The notes beneath the pieces were generated by a model. It made no database searches, was not told where the DNA came from, and was given only the letters and a program-made list of their open reading frames with translations. The position numbers and the translations under genes are program-made. A DNA stretch of 58,533 nucleotides, filler included, from Jimgerdemannia flammicorona (Eukaryota): NCBI GenBank assembly GCA_003990765.1. It is 3 parts of 3 records of this genome, joined end to end, with 100 filler letters (N's around TTAATTAATTAA, not from the genome) between each part and the next. Parts side by side here need not be neighbours in the genome. Positions count along the whole stretch, not along the records: positions 1 to 19,448 come from RBNJ01001936.1; positions 19,549 to 38,993 come from RBNJ01001937.1; 1 more part is not named here. One strand, 5' to 3'. Each line of letters starts with the position of its first letter. Position 1 is the stretch's first letter. Of the stretch, positions 18,868-29,747 are shown piece after piece.

Positions 18868-19285
18868 AAGGTCAAAATCCAGAAGATTCACGCTGATGTA
18901 GTCCTGCCAGAATATAAATCGGAAAATGCAGCTGGAATGGATATCGCCACAGTGGAGGAAACTGTGCTTGAACCCCAGACAACTACTCTACTTGCAACTG
19001 GCCTGGAGATGACAATTCCAAAAGATCATGTTGGGATCCTCAAGACAAGAAGCAGTTTGGCAAGAAGCAAAATTATGATTGAAGGAGGAGTCATCAATTC
19101 AGACTACATTGGAGAAATACTACTCATCACTAGAAATCACAATCCTACTATTCCATTCCCAATCAAGAAGAAGGACCGACTGGCACAGATGTTGATCTTA
19201 CCAGTCCGACAACCAAAGATCATAGAAGTCAAGAAGTTGGAGGAAACGAAAAGAGGAAAGAAAGGATTCGGATCCACAGGAAAAG
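18868..19285 (+). CDS. Retrotransposon-encoded trimeric dUTPase domain
   Basis: All five dUTPase motifs lie in ORF 18508-19500. The motif III Asp appears as Asn (INSDY), consistent with a G>A change. Confidence 0.9.
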
Positions 19286-19448
19286 GAGTATTCACCAGTA
19301 CCAAGATCACCGAACTGGAGCATAAGAAGGAGGAAACCACAAACAAGCACAGCTACACCATTGGAAACGAATTCCCACTCAAGGAGGAACTCAAGAAAAT
19401 ACTCCATGAATTCGAGGATGTCCTTGCCACAGACTTCAAAGATATCAA

Positions 19449-19548
19449 NNNNNNNNNNNNNNNNNNNNNNNNNNNNNNNNNNNNNNNNNNNNTTAATTAA
19501 TTAANNNNNNNNNNNNNNNNNNNNNNNNNNNNNNNNNNNNNNNNNNNN
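19449..19548. other. Assembly gap/linker (44N-TTAATTAATTAA-44N)
   Basis: Artificial all-frame stop spacer. An identical construct lies at 38994-39093. Confidence 0.97.
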
Positions 19549-21008
19549 ATTGGAACAATTGTCCCTACTGGTGAGATGGTGCGGTATCTGGGCATCTTCC
19601 TCTCTGTATATGGTTCTGTCTTGCCATGAGTGTGGTGGGAGGGCAGGGTGAATAGTTGGGGGGAGGCCCTTCAAGGATGGGGAGGCCACCATATCTCTCT
19701 AGCAGGGTGAGTGTCGATCCTGAATGTATATTGGTTCCCGAAGCTATGGTATGTAGCATATCATCTCGACTTCCCAGCATAGGTGGTGAAGAAGCTGATG
19801 AAGGTGGCTAGGGATTGGATTTGGGTGGGAAGGAGGTCCCAGGTCAGTTGGGATACTCTTGTGAGACCAGTAGTCAGGGGAGGTCTTGGTCTGGTGGATT
19901 TCCCTAAGAGGCTGCACTGCTTGAGAGCCTGGTGATTGAAGAGAGCTGTAGAACTGCAGGGCGGAGGTTGGGTGCCTCTGCTGCAGAAGGTATGGGAGAT
20001 GCGAACATCCCCCCAAGGGTCCTCTGGAGATCTGCTCTCTTTGGTGGGGCTGAATGGAGTTCGGAGGCTGTGGTTCAAGGGCTTTTGGTGGGAAGTGGCC
20101 AATGGAGCACACCGAATTGGCCTGCAATGGCAAGATAATGAGGGGGAGGCGGTGTGGGGGCCTAATATGTGGCGTTGGGATAGACTGCTCCTGGAGGGTA
20201 CTCTACTGGCTGCGTTCGATATTGGGGAGGGAGTGGAGTATCAGTGGGGGCTTGGCCAGGACCTTTGGTCGAGTGGCTGGCAGGCAGTTGGAATTGGAGA
20301 GGAGTGGGACTGGGCAGGCATCTGGTCTTGGAGTGCTGAGGTACAGAGGTGGCTTCCTCCCAAGTTCTGGGTGGTATGGTGGTGAATGTTGCAGAGGAAT
20401 GTCATGTTGAATTTCTGCTTGGGGCATTTAGTAGAGAGTGGACAATTTGACTGCGAGGAGTGTTATGGTGTTGGGCAGGCTGGGGGTCATATACAGATGC
20501 CGGAACATTGGCTGGGAGAGTGTGAGGTCTTGGGGGAATTTTGGGCTGAGATAGGGGATAGGCTGGGTGTGGGGTATTAGTGGGTGGGGGAGAGGGGTCG
20601 CTGGGAGGACTTAAGATCTCAGCTTGTAGGTGGGGTGGGGGATAGTTGGCTCACTGTAGGATGGGTGTTAGCAGTATGGGTGGGACTAGCGGGCCATTGG
20701 TTTTTTGTATTTGAAGAGGGGTAGTGGTTGGGGCTACATGAGAAGGTGTTAAGGTGAGAGGAGCTGGTGGGGGATCTGCTGACCGGATGGTGGGTGGGTT
20801 GGGGTCCTCAGGGAGGATGGCGTCGCAGCCTGGTGATGAAGATCTGTAAGCAGAGTGGTGGGAGGGTGGGGATGGTGTTCAACAAAGTGATCTTTCACAG
20901 AGAAGGGGTAGAGAGAGGGGGCCCCCCTAGGGGGATTGGATAGGGGGTGGGATCATTATAATTATATGAGATAGATGGGTATTAATAAAGGAAGGGAGTC
21001 TAAGCAAC

Positions 21009-21058
<50 letters not shown>
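19549..21058 (+). mobile_element. L1/Tx1-like non-LTR retrotransposon, 3' part with poly(A)
   Basis: RT-thumb RYLGIFL, W.GRRSQVSWDTL..P...GGLGLVDF motif, zf-RVT-like CEEC...EHWLGEC, G-rich 3' end, AATAAA and a ~47-nt A tail (21012-21058). Confidence 0.9.
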
Positions 21059-21061
<3 letters not shown>

Positions 21062-21549
21062 TATATAAGTTTGGTAGATCAGAAATTGAGAGCAATCCAG
21101 GTAGAGGTATTTGAGAATATTTGAGTATAAGAAGTACTAGAGAGACTCTATATAATTAATAGATAGAGAGAATGATATTATATATATAAAAGGATTACAA
21201 TTGCTGTAACTTAACTAGTGAAGTATCTAACTTAGATATAGATAGATTCAGTAGAGCTTATAATATATATAGATAACTATGTAATACTATTCTGAGATAG
21301 ATACTAAACTAAAAGATAAATATTGAACTAAAACTAGTACTAACATTTAAATTAAATAGGTGTGAAATAAAATAAATACTAAAACTGATACTAGTATTTA
21401 AATTATAATAGGACAAAACTGGTATAAACTGAGAAATATATTATCTTAAGATACTTAGGTTATGAGGAAACTAATTTATATGACTGTATAAATGTCTACA
21501 ATTTGGCCACTTTGCTGAAGTTTAAACTAAATTTATAACTATATTATAT

Positions 21550-24500
21550 TTTTTAATAAATTTAATATTTTAAGAACTTTATTAGTTTTTAGAGTCTTTT
21601 CAAAAACTTTTACAGTATATTGTATAATGTTATTTAATCTCAGATCTAATTAAGTAAGAGTTATGTTAATTTTAAAAGTCTTTGCAATAGCCTCTATACT
21701 ATTATTATTGATATTATTTACTCTTAAGTCTAATGAGATAAGAACTTTATTAGTTTTAAAAATATATATAATAGTTATTATATTTTTCTCTTTTATTACA
21801 TTTAATGATAGATCTAATGAGATGAGAGTTTTATTTATTCTAAGAGCCTTTCTGATGGTCTTTACACTCTTATTAAAGATGCCATTATTTTTTAGAACTA
21901 ATAATGAGAGAGTCTTATTAGTTTTGAGAACTTTTATAATAGTTTTTATACTCTTCTCTCTTATATTATTCATTCTCAGATTTAATAAGGTAAGGGTTTC
22001 ATTACTTTTGAGAGCTCTTATAATGATCTTTATACTACTTACTAAAGATATTATTTACTCTCAGATCTAATAATATAAGAGCCTTATTAGATTTGAGAAC
22101 TTTGTACTCTCCTCTCAGATGCAATTTGATGACAGATCTATTGAAGTATAGCTATTGTTAGTTTTAAGGGCTTTTGTGATGGCTATTGCACTCTCTATAC
22201 AAATGTGATTTGATAACAGATCTAATAAAGTGAGGATGTTATTACTTTAGAAGATTATTGTAATGGCCTTTATATCCTTATCAAAGATATAATTTGATAA
22301 TAGATTTAATAAAGTAAGGCTATTATTGATTTTGAGAGCTTCTGCAATAATCTTTGTATACTTATAGATGAAATTTGATGATAAATCTAATAAAGTGAGG
22401 ATATTGTTAGTTTTGACAGTCTTTGTAATGATCTTTACACTCTCCTCCAAGATATAATTTGATAACAGATCTAATGAAATGATAATATTGGTTTTGAGGG
22501 CCTTTGCAATGACCTTTGTGCTTTTCTTCCTGATGTTTTTTGATGATAGATCCAATGAGGTAAAAAGAAGATAGATATAGTAAATTTGCACTGATCATAC
22601 TCTCGAAGATCGACTCATTGCAAAAATGGTTTAGTCCAGGGCGAGATTATGTCAAGAGAATCCAGACAATAGTTACAGATCAGGATTACCTCCATCAGCA
22701 TTGTGGTGTCCAGTTAAAGGTACTTGAGGACTAAACAGTTGGGGTACCATTAAGAAAGGGGACCTGAAGCTACACCTCTTGCAGATTGGCACACTCTTTC
22801 ATTACTAGGTGTTTGAGAGATAGAAACTCTGCTGGAAACCCCTGAGATGGTGTGATCTTAAGAGATTCAATGGATTTGATCCAGGAAGATTTCTTGATAT
22901 AAGTCAAGAGAGTAAGCTGTGGACAGTAATTCAAGTTCAAGTACTCCAGGAAATTGCCACAGGCATTATAAAGGACACTAAATCCGGAATTGTTGAAGGC
23001 TTGGGCGCCCTGTAGATTGACACTAGTCAAGTGATGGCTACGGTCCTGAAATACTGAGGGTTTGAAATACTCTTTAATCAGATGGTAACTGTTGACAAAT
23101 TCCAGGCTTGTATGAGGAGTCTCATTAGCAAAGAGAACTTTGAGATTTTTTTTCTCCACCTCTGGAATTTGGGTGGCCATATTTCACTTTTTGTCTAGTA
23201 CCCATTCTCCTTCCAAACGCCCCATTTTCTGCTTGAATCTTTTGGCACAAGACCTGAAATCTCTCCAAGGCGTCTTGAGGTCCTGTTCTAAGCTCTTTGC
23301 GCTTCTTGTGATTTGCAATAGGTGCATAAATGTCAATCTCCAGAATCTTCAGCATTTCTTTGGTATTTATTGAAGTGATGGCGATACTTGCATTGCGGCG
23401 TCGATACAAATCATCGGTTACCATGCAAAACCTGCCCTTCAATGACCGAAGACTTCACCATAACTCTTAGTGGATGATGGTTGGATTTTGCAAAACCTCC
23501 CTTTGCAAGCGATGGGCTTTTCGATAGAGATTTTTCATGGATACATAGTGAGGGTAGCGGAGGATGCAAGACTGTGCATTTATACAGCAGTTGTTGTAGC
23601 AGATCTTCGGGAAAAAGTTTTTGATAAGTCTCTTCAACAATTTTCAACTCTTCCATCCAGGTGGTTAAAAATTCGTCAATCTCTAATATGCGAATCTGCT
23701 CTCTTACCACTGAGGGCAGAGGATCACACATCTGTGATAGACAAAGGTCAAGGTTTTGGCTTGCAACTGGGTGACAGCCTTAAAAGGAGCGCCAGCACCT
23801 TGTCCTTGATAAAGGACGCCGGGCAGAAAGGCGTGATCATTGTCTATAGGAATGAGGCGCTGGTTATCAGCGCTGATAATAAAGTTGTCTTCCTTGCTGT
23901 CTTCAGGATTAAGCAACATGGAGGCGACAATCATTCGACTTGTGAACACTGGATCTAGGTAAGCAAAGATGTCGTCGTTGTCCCAGACGGTATAAAGAAC
24001 ATTTCCTCTAACAGCTTGGCTCACGAGAACAGGGTAGGGGCCGTTCTTGGGGTTATGAAACATGAAGAGCTCGCAAAATGGAATATCTTGGAGATTCCAA
24101 CCACGCAAAAAGCGGGCGACGGCATATTCATAAACTGGAAGTTCCGGATAGGTTTTGAAGTAGAGCTTGGGGGTATTTTGCGGATAAAAGGTTACGGGGC
24201 TGCGTCCCGTGAGCGTTGTGTCAGCTTCAAACTGCCCTCGATGATTCAGGATGTGCCTACTGAGGTGGCGCTCGCCCATTAAAGCACATTTTACGTTCAA
24301 AGAGTACACCATCCGGTGCAGGACCACGGGGCAAAGCTTGAGCAATGGTGAGGCGCCATGCGAGTTGGGGATTGTGCGGCAGGAAGGGATCAAACATCCG
24401 GCCCAACGCCAGCGAGATGTCGGGGCCATATTGGAACGGATGGTTTTGCAGGTGCTGCTGGATCTCTTCCCAGAGATTGGCGGCGAGCTCGGAATTATTG

Positions 24501-25928
24501 ACATTAAGAAATCTCTCGTTTTGCAAGAGGCGGAGATCTTGAAACAGGCAGTCGATGGCAAAAAAATTTGCAGAAAATTGCTGTCTATAGTTCTCTATGA
24601 CTTGATCAGCCATAGGAAATTTGTCAATTTTGAGCGGGGAGAAAGATCTCTTTGAAACGGGCAGGATCTTCGTTCTGCTCTTGAGAGGTGGCCGATTGTA
24701 ATCTCTGCTTCACGGTAGTACCATTAGAAAGATTCCAACTTTCGTTCAGGAGAGATTCAACTTTCAAATCACCATGATAGAGATAGGCAAGCACTTCTAT
24801 AGGAGACGGGGAGTTCGGTATAATAATGGCCGAGCAATGGGTCGATAGCATTGAAGAGCTCCTGGGACGTGGTATTCGAAATTTCCAACGCTCGCTTGAG
24901 CTTCTCGAGCACTCCGCCCAGCGTCTGGGGCATTTTGAGGGGGAAGCCAGAGGTCCCTCACCTCCTATGTGACCAGAGGCGGATGACGATGGGTAAATAT
25001 AGAAAGAAGAGGAGAGTGCAATAATCTTGATTCTTGGCTATCAAGGTATTGGCCCAGGCCAAGAGAATTGCTTCCGGCACCAGGCTTCTGAAGACGACGC
25101 GGGTTTTTTGAGGAATGACATGGTTCATCAGGGGTAAGAGGTAGAGGAACGATTTGCTGTTGACACGGTCGCGCTTAATACTGGCAGCAAACACTTCCTC
25201 GTTATCAATACTGACAAGACTGTTCGTAGAGGCTTCGTATATCAAGTTGTCAGGCTTGCCGTCAGATGGTTGTGTGAGCAGGGCACCAATCACTTGCCGG
25301 GAATATAAATCGGGATTAAGATTGGCCAAGATGTTTCTCCCATCATCAGGGCTTTATGAGCAAGCAGCTCACGCAAAACGTTATTCCGGTCACACTTTTG
25401 CTTGTCGTCCGCGGTGGCGAATTCCTGCGCGGCCTGGATGACCTGTCGTTTGTAGGTTTCGTAAAATGCTTTGGTCTACTCCAGAGCCTGGAGCCAGGTG
25501 ATTTGGATCTCAGTATAGTTCCTAAGGGCTTGTTGAAAGTTGGTGAGGGCGGCAATATATTGATTCAACTTGTGGAACTCCTGGCCTTCTCCCAGCATTG
25601 CGTATTTAATGGGTTCGTCAATCCAGTCATGTCTCTTTGGCATAAGCGCTTCAGGGGGTACGGGACCGTCTTTGAAAAGAAAATTCCATTGACCCAGTAA
25701 CCCACCGTCCGTTTGAACATGATGCCAGAGGGTTTCGAAGAGGGCGTAATGGACCTGGCGGGGAACATCGGGGTCGGCTTAGGTAACGTCAAGGATTTTG
25801 TTGGGCAAGACGTTGGGGTTGGGCACGGACTCTGAGGATAAAAACCCAAATAAGCAGGCCTGATCTTCAGGAGTAAAGTGCCGTTGGATACGGGGCTCTC
25901 GACCCTGGCGAATTCGGTTTTCGTTCAT
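21550..25928 (-). pseudogene. Intronless multi-domain gene: TPR-like segment, two PI3/4-kinase/HipA-like kinase domains, LRRs; frameshifted
   Basis: Kinase 1 PSDGKPDNLI...LVSIDNEEVF (~25190-25270). Kinase 2 LYFKTYPELP...NPEDSKEDNFII...LIPIDNDHAF (~23820-24170). Cys-type LRRs at 22770-23100 and ~28-aa RNI-like LRRs (ALKTNxTLTSLDLSxNxI) at 21550-22570. Many stops and frameshifts. Confidence 0.75.
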
Positions 25929-27099
25929 GGTATGGTATGGTAGAACGATCGTTGAAAGACGAGATATCCAGTTCTGCTCACTTTTCTATCCACTCCAAAA
26001 TACTTGACTGCGGACATCCGTTAATCGCCAAATTAGTAATGGAGATGCATGATAATGGAGATGCGTCAATAGATCCCAGTACTGACTGCTCGGTTTGTTT
26101 GTTTAGGCCACATAAAGGCGATGAATCACTCACGATAATTACCTCAGAAAAGGACTCACCCAGGGTCGCTTACAAAACATCTGAGGGTTGCGTAGTCCCG
26201 GATAGACAAAGCCCTCATTAAAAAAAAATTACGAATTTCGTTCTGGTTCTCGTTTTGTTGTTACACGCACGTAGAGTTTACCATCTGTATGCCAATACAT
26301 GATTCTATGATCCCAGCAATTGCACTGACTCCGCTCTTCATTATTTATGTAGTCAGTGGTTAATGGAGCTGACGGAGAAATACATATGTTAGCTGATGTT
26401 TCCAATGCCTTCGCTTTTAGATTTTTGAGGCAAAATTTTATAATTGCCCATTGGCTGCAGAAACACGGCTGATCCTAAAGGGCAACATAAACTTCGGGCC
26501 GGCGGATCTTCTGCGTCATCTGAAGGACGCGATTCGTTCAAATTTGTTGGCCAAGCATACCAAACAAAATTATTGACAACACAACAAACACCGACAGTGG
26601 CAGGTATGACACGCCTACGGCAAATTGCATCTTTTTGAGAAAAAGAGCTGAGAATGGGTAAAAATCAATGCGCTGAATGCTTCGCCCATGGCCGGTTCGG
26701 AACTGACCTTGCTACAGTGTCTGGCGGGATCCTAGCTCGGGTAGGTATGGTGCAGTTTTGCCATTTCGCTATTTCGCTGTAAACCGAATTTCCAGGTCCA
26801 AAAAATTGTGGTCTGAGCCATCATAATATATCCCGCGCCCAGTCCTATTTCTCCTAGCAACACGCCACGCCACTTAATGCCACGCTCATGTGTTTGCCGT
26901 CCCCTCCCCCATTTCCTTTGACGATCGCCTGAGCCAGCCTTGCATGCATGGATGTGCAAAAAGGGGGGTCGATTACGGCGACGGCGACGGCTTCCTGTTA
27001 CAGACGAAGGGTAAAGCTCCCATAATCCGGGACCAAAGATCGCAGGAAGGTGCGTAATACTTTTGAGTCAGCAACGATAGCCAGCTGGGAATTGTGTGG

Positions 27100-27134
<35 letters not shown>

Positions 27135-27959
27135 CATCCCTTTCCGCGCGATGTCTCCATTATCATTAGCGGTGGATTGGAATCGGCCACCCGACAAATC
27201 GGCCAAAATAAATTTGAGAGATATGTTATTAAACTTTCTCCTTGGGATACTTCATTTTATGACAACCGAACGGAATGATGGAATCGGTCAGTGGTATGGT
27301 TGGCGACGTTCCTGGCGGAAGAGTCACAATACAATTGCATGATAAAATTCGGTGGCATGTTATGATATTTAATACATGTTCGCAAGGAACGTCCCATAAA
27401 CGCAAACCGTTGCTTTTCCAACTTCCCACATGATTAGTTGTAGCCTTGAACCCTCAAATACCGTGTGCTTTTTCAAAATTTTCCCCCCTCTCTCGTCGTG
27501 CCCTTTCCCAAACTCTTTTTCTTATTGGCAATCGTTTCTCGCTCGTCGGGTTCCCGTTTCCATTTTTACAAGTCCACCTAGCGGCCTTGTTATCCCGTAG
27601 TTTTATTGAAAGGCTTTCTCGGAATGACTATATATATAAATTCAAATGTATTAATATCATCAAATTTCGGGTATAGTTTCATTTTCAATATGCAGCATAA
27701 CTAGAGATGCGCGTCAGAGCAAGCCCATACCTATGCACATTGAGATCTACACCTCGTTCGGTTGCAGAAAAATGAGATACAATGCCTCCACACTTCAGGT
27801 GGGTTCTGGACGGGTATGCGAGATTATCGGGTTCGGCGTGTCAACATGTGGTTTCAGCCTGCATTAGGTTTCATAGAGTGCTTTGATTTGAAGTCGGTGC
27901 GCCTAATATATGTAGAACCCACTATCTAACGACTAATTACCTCTCTCTCTCTCTCACAC

Positions 27960-28014
27960 AAAAAAAAAAAAAAAAAAAAAAAAAAAATAAAAAAAATAAA
28001 ATAAAATAAAAAAA
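27960..28014. repeat. Poly(A)/AAAAT tract next to a CT microsatellite
   Basis: Direct reading. A 32-nt poly(T) also lies at 27101-27132. Confidence 0.8.
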
Positions 28015-28793
28015 AGAGAGAAAACGAACACAACCCTTTCGGCATTACCCAAAAGGAGATGGGGTTGCGTCGTCTCTCATATTTTTCTTGCTGTGTCGAT
28101 ACGGCGATGCCGAGATGGGGATTCAGACAAAGATGCTGATTGCCGGACGAATCATATTGCCAGCCGTCTCATCCGTATGCCGGAGGGCTGTCACCACAGC
28201 AGGAGGGACACCACAGCTCATCCATGGGCCAATTGCTGCCTCGCCTTAATGGCTCGGTTGCACTGAACGACACGACGTTGCGGTGCTCCCGATTCCGGTT
28301 GGAAAAGTTCAAAATAACCCTACAGGTCGGTTCATGACCGATGCTCGGGACACACGAATTGGTCACGGTCTGCTGCATACGTCTGAATCACATGTTACTG
28401 CCATTGTTACCCATCATCGTGGCGGAAACCACTCCGTGAAACCAAAAGGCTCCACATGATGATCTCTAAATCATTTACCAAGTATTGTTATATAAATAGA
28501 CATTCTCGCAAAGCTTGTGTCCCAATTATGGAATCACGAGCACGATGTACCACACACAATGAAGGAGCTTGTCTCATTTTGATGAATGTAGGCGAGACTA
28601 TACTTGACATTATTCCGCTCGATTAAAAAGAGAAGCTGACCCACGAGTTCAAGCATTATGAGTCCTTCGGTATAATGAATTACTCGTGGTCAAGCTCGGG
28701 GCCAAGGAAAATGGACTTCTCCAGCAAGTCATGCATTGGAGGTAAAATGAGATTGCCAAAGCATGGCGCGGAATATTAGCCACACCCACCCAC

Positions 28794-29747
28794 TTATACA
28801 GCTTTCAAAAACTCTTTCACAACACCTACGAAACCCTCCAAATCTTCCACAAACGGCCAATGCCCCACCCCCTCAAACTCCACAAATTTCGCCCCAGGCA
28901 CTGCCGTAGCAATCTTCCTGACTCCGTCGGAGGGCCTTGGATCCGCCGCCCCATGCACCATGAGGATAGGGACATCAGCTAACACCTCTTCGATCGCATT
29001 CCGCTCCACGAAATCTTCGGCATCAGCCCACTCCGATGTTTCATGACCTAGCACACGGTTCACCTCCAGATTCGGCTCACCGCCCGACACAATCTCCCGC
29101 GCCATCTCATACGCCCGATCAGGGTCAGCGGAGAAGCACCCGAGCTCGGAAGCTGTTGATAGAACCGATGCTTCGCGTTCTAACGTCTTGTAGCTCTCCA
29201 TCACGTATGGGACAACGGTCGCGGGTCGGTTGCGCGCCTTTTGTCGCATCTCGCGAAGCTCTCCAAGTCGGTCCGGACCCAGCAGCGTCGCGCGGTTGGA
29301 TCGATACGCGTCGTGCCATTCAGGAAATCCCACGCCCGTGCCGGAAACGTAAATCAAGCCTCTCACCCTCGTCGGATGCGCTAGTGCGTAGACGAGAGCC
29401 AAGCTTGCGCCGAAGGAGTGGCCCAGTACGATCCAGCGGCTGACGCCCCAGTGTGTGCGCAGGCGTTCGAGGTCGGAGAGCCATATAGAAAGGTTGTATG
29501 GTGGCGGAGAGGCGGAAGAAAGGCCACAGGCACGTTGGGAATAGGTGTAGACGGTATAGTGACGCGAGAGGGCCAGGGATAACCGGTCGAAGTAATCCCA
29601 CATTCCCGGGCCGCCGTGCAGGCAGACGATGGCGGGGAGGGAAGTGCCACGGCGTGTGGTGTGCAGGGAAACGCCGGCAGGGAGTTGAACGCCTTCGGTG
29701 ATGAGGTCCGGAGGTGGGAGGGAAGAGGGCGAGGGTGGAGGATTCAT
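28794..29747 (-). CDS. Alpha/beta hydrolase, proline iminopeptidase-like (peptidase S33 type), 317 aa, intronless
   Basis: CLHGGPG oxyanion motif, nucleophile GHSFG, acid HGAADP and catalytic GVGHWPF in one intact ORF. TATAA lies on the minus strand ~65 nt upstream (29809-29814). Confidence 0.9.
   Translation of the reverse strand: MNPPPSPSSLPPPDLITEGVQLPAGVSLHTTRRGTSLPAIVCLHGGPGMWDYFDRLSLALSRHYTVYTYSQRACGLSSASPPPYNLSIWLSDLERLRTHWGVSRWIVLGHSFGASLALVYALAHPTRVRGLIYVSGTGVGFPEWHDAYRSNRATLLGPDRLGELREMRQKARNRPATVVPYVMESYKTLEREASVLSTASELGCFSADPDRAYEMAREIVSGGEPNLEVNRVLGHETSEWADAEDFVERNAIEEVLADVPILMVHGAADPRPSDGVRKIATAVPGAKFVEFEGVGHWPFVEDLEGFVGVVKEFLKAV

Larger units (their letters stand above)
16277..19448 (+). 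mobile_element. Ty3/gypsy element B: gag (CCHC knuckle), protease, CPHG module, dUTPase, start of RT; cut by assembly gap
   Basis: Gag MRPPVFHGY from 16861, CYSCGEEGHYSYEC, protease AIIDTGAG, dUTPase motifs AAGMDI/RSSLA/GGVINSDYIGEI/DRLAQMLI/RGKKGFGSTG. A few stops from C>T changes. Confidence 0.92.

Noticed and set aside
17727..18891. Long hydrophobic minus-strand ORFs (234 aa, 168 aa)
   Set aside because: Antisense shadows of the purine-rich gag-pol strand of element B.
19493..19504. TTAATTAATTAA palindrome (also 39038-39049)
   Set aside because: It is centred in exactly 44+44 N both times, so it is an artificial linker.
21663..22070. 135-aa hydrophobic plus-strand ORF resembling a membrane protein
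   Set aside because: Antisense of the mutated LRR array.
28140..28460. Coding-looking GC-rich stretch
   Set aside because: No recognisable motif or consistent splice pattern, and the frames I read are short.
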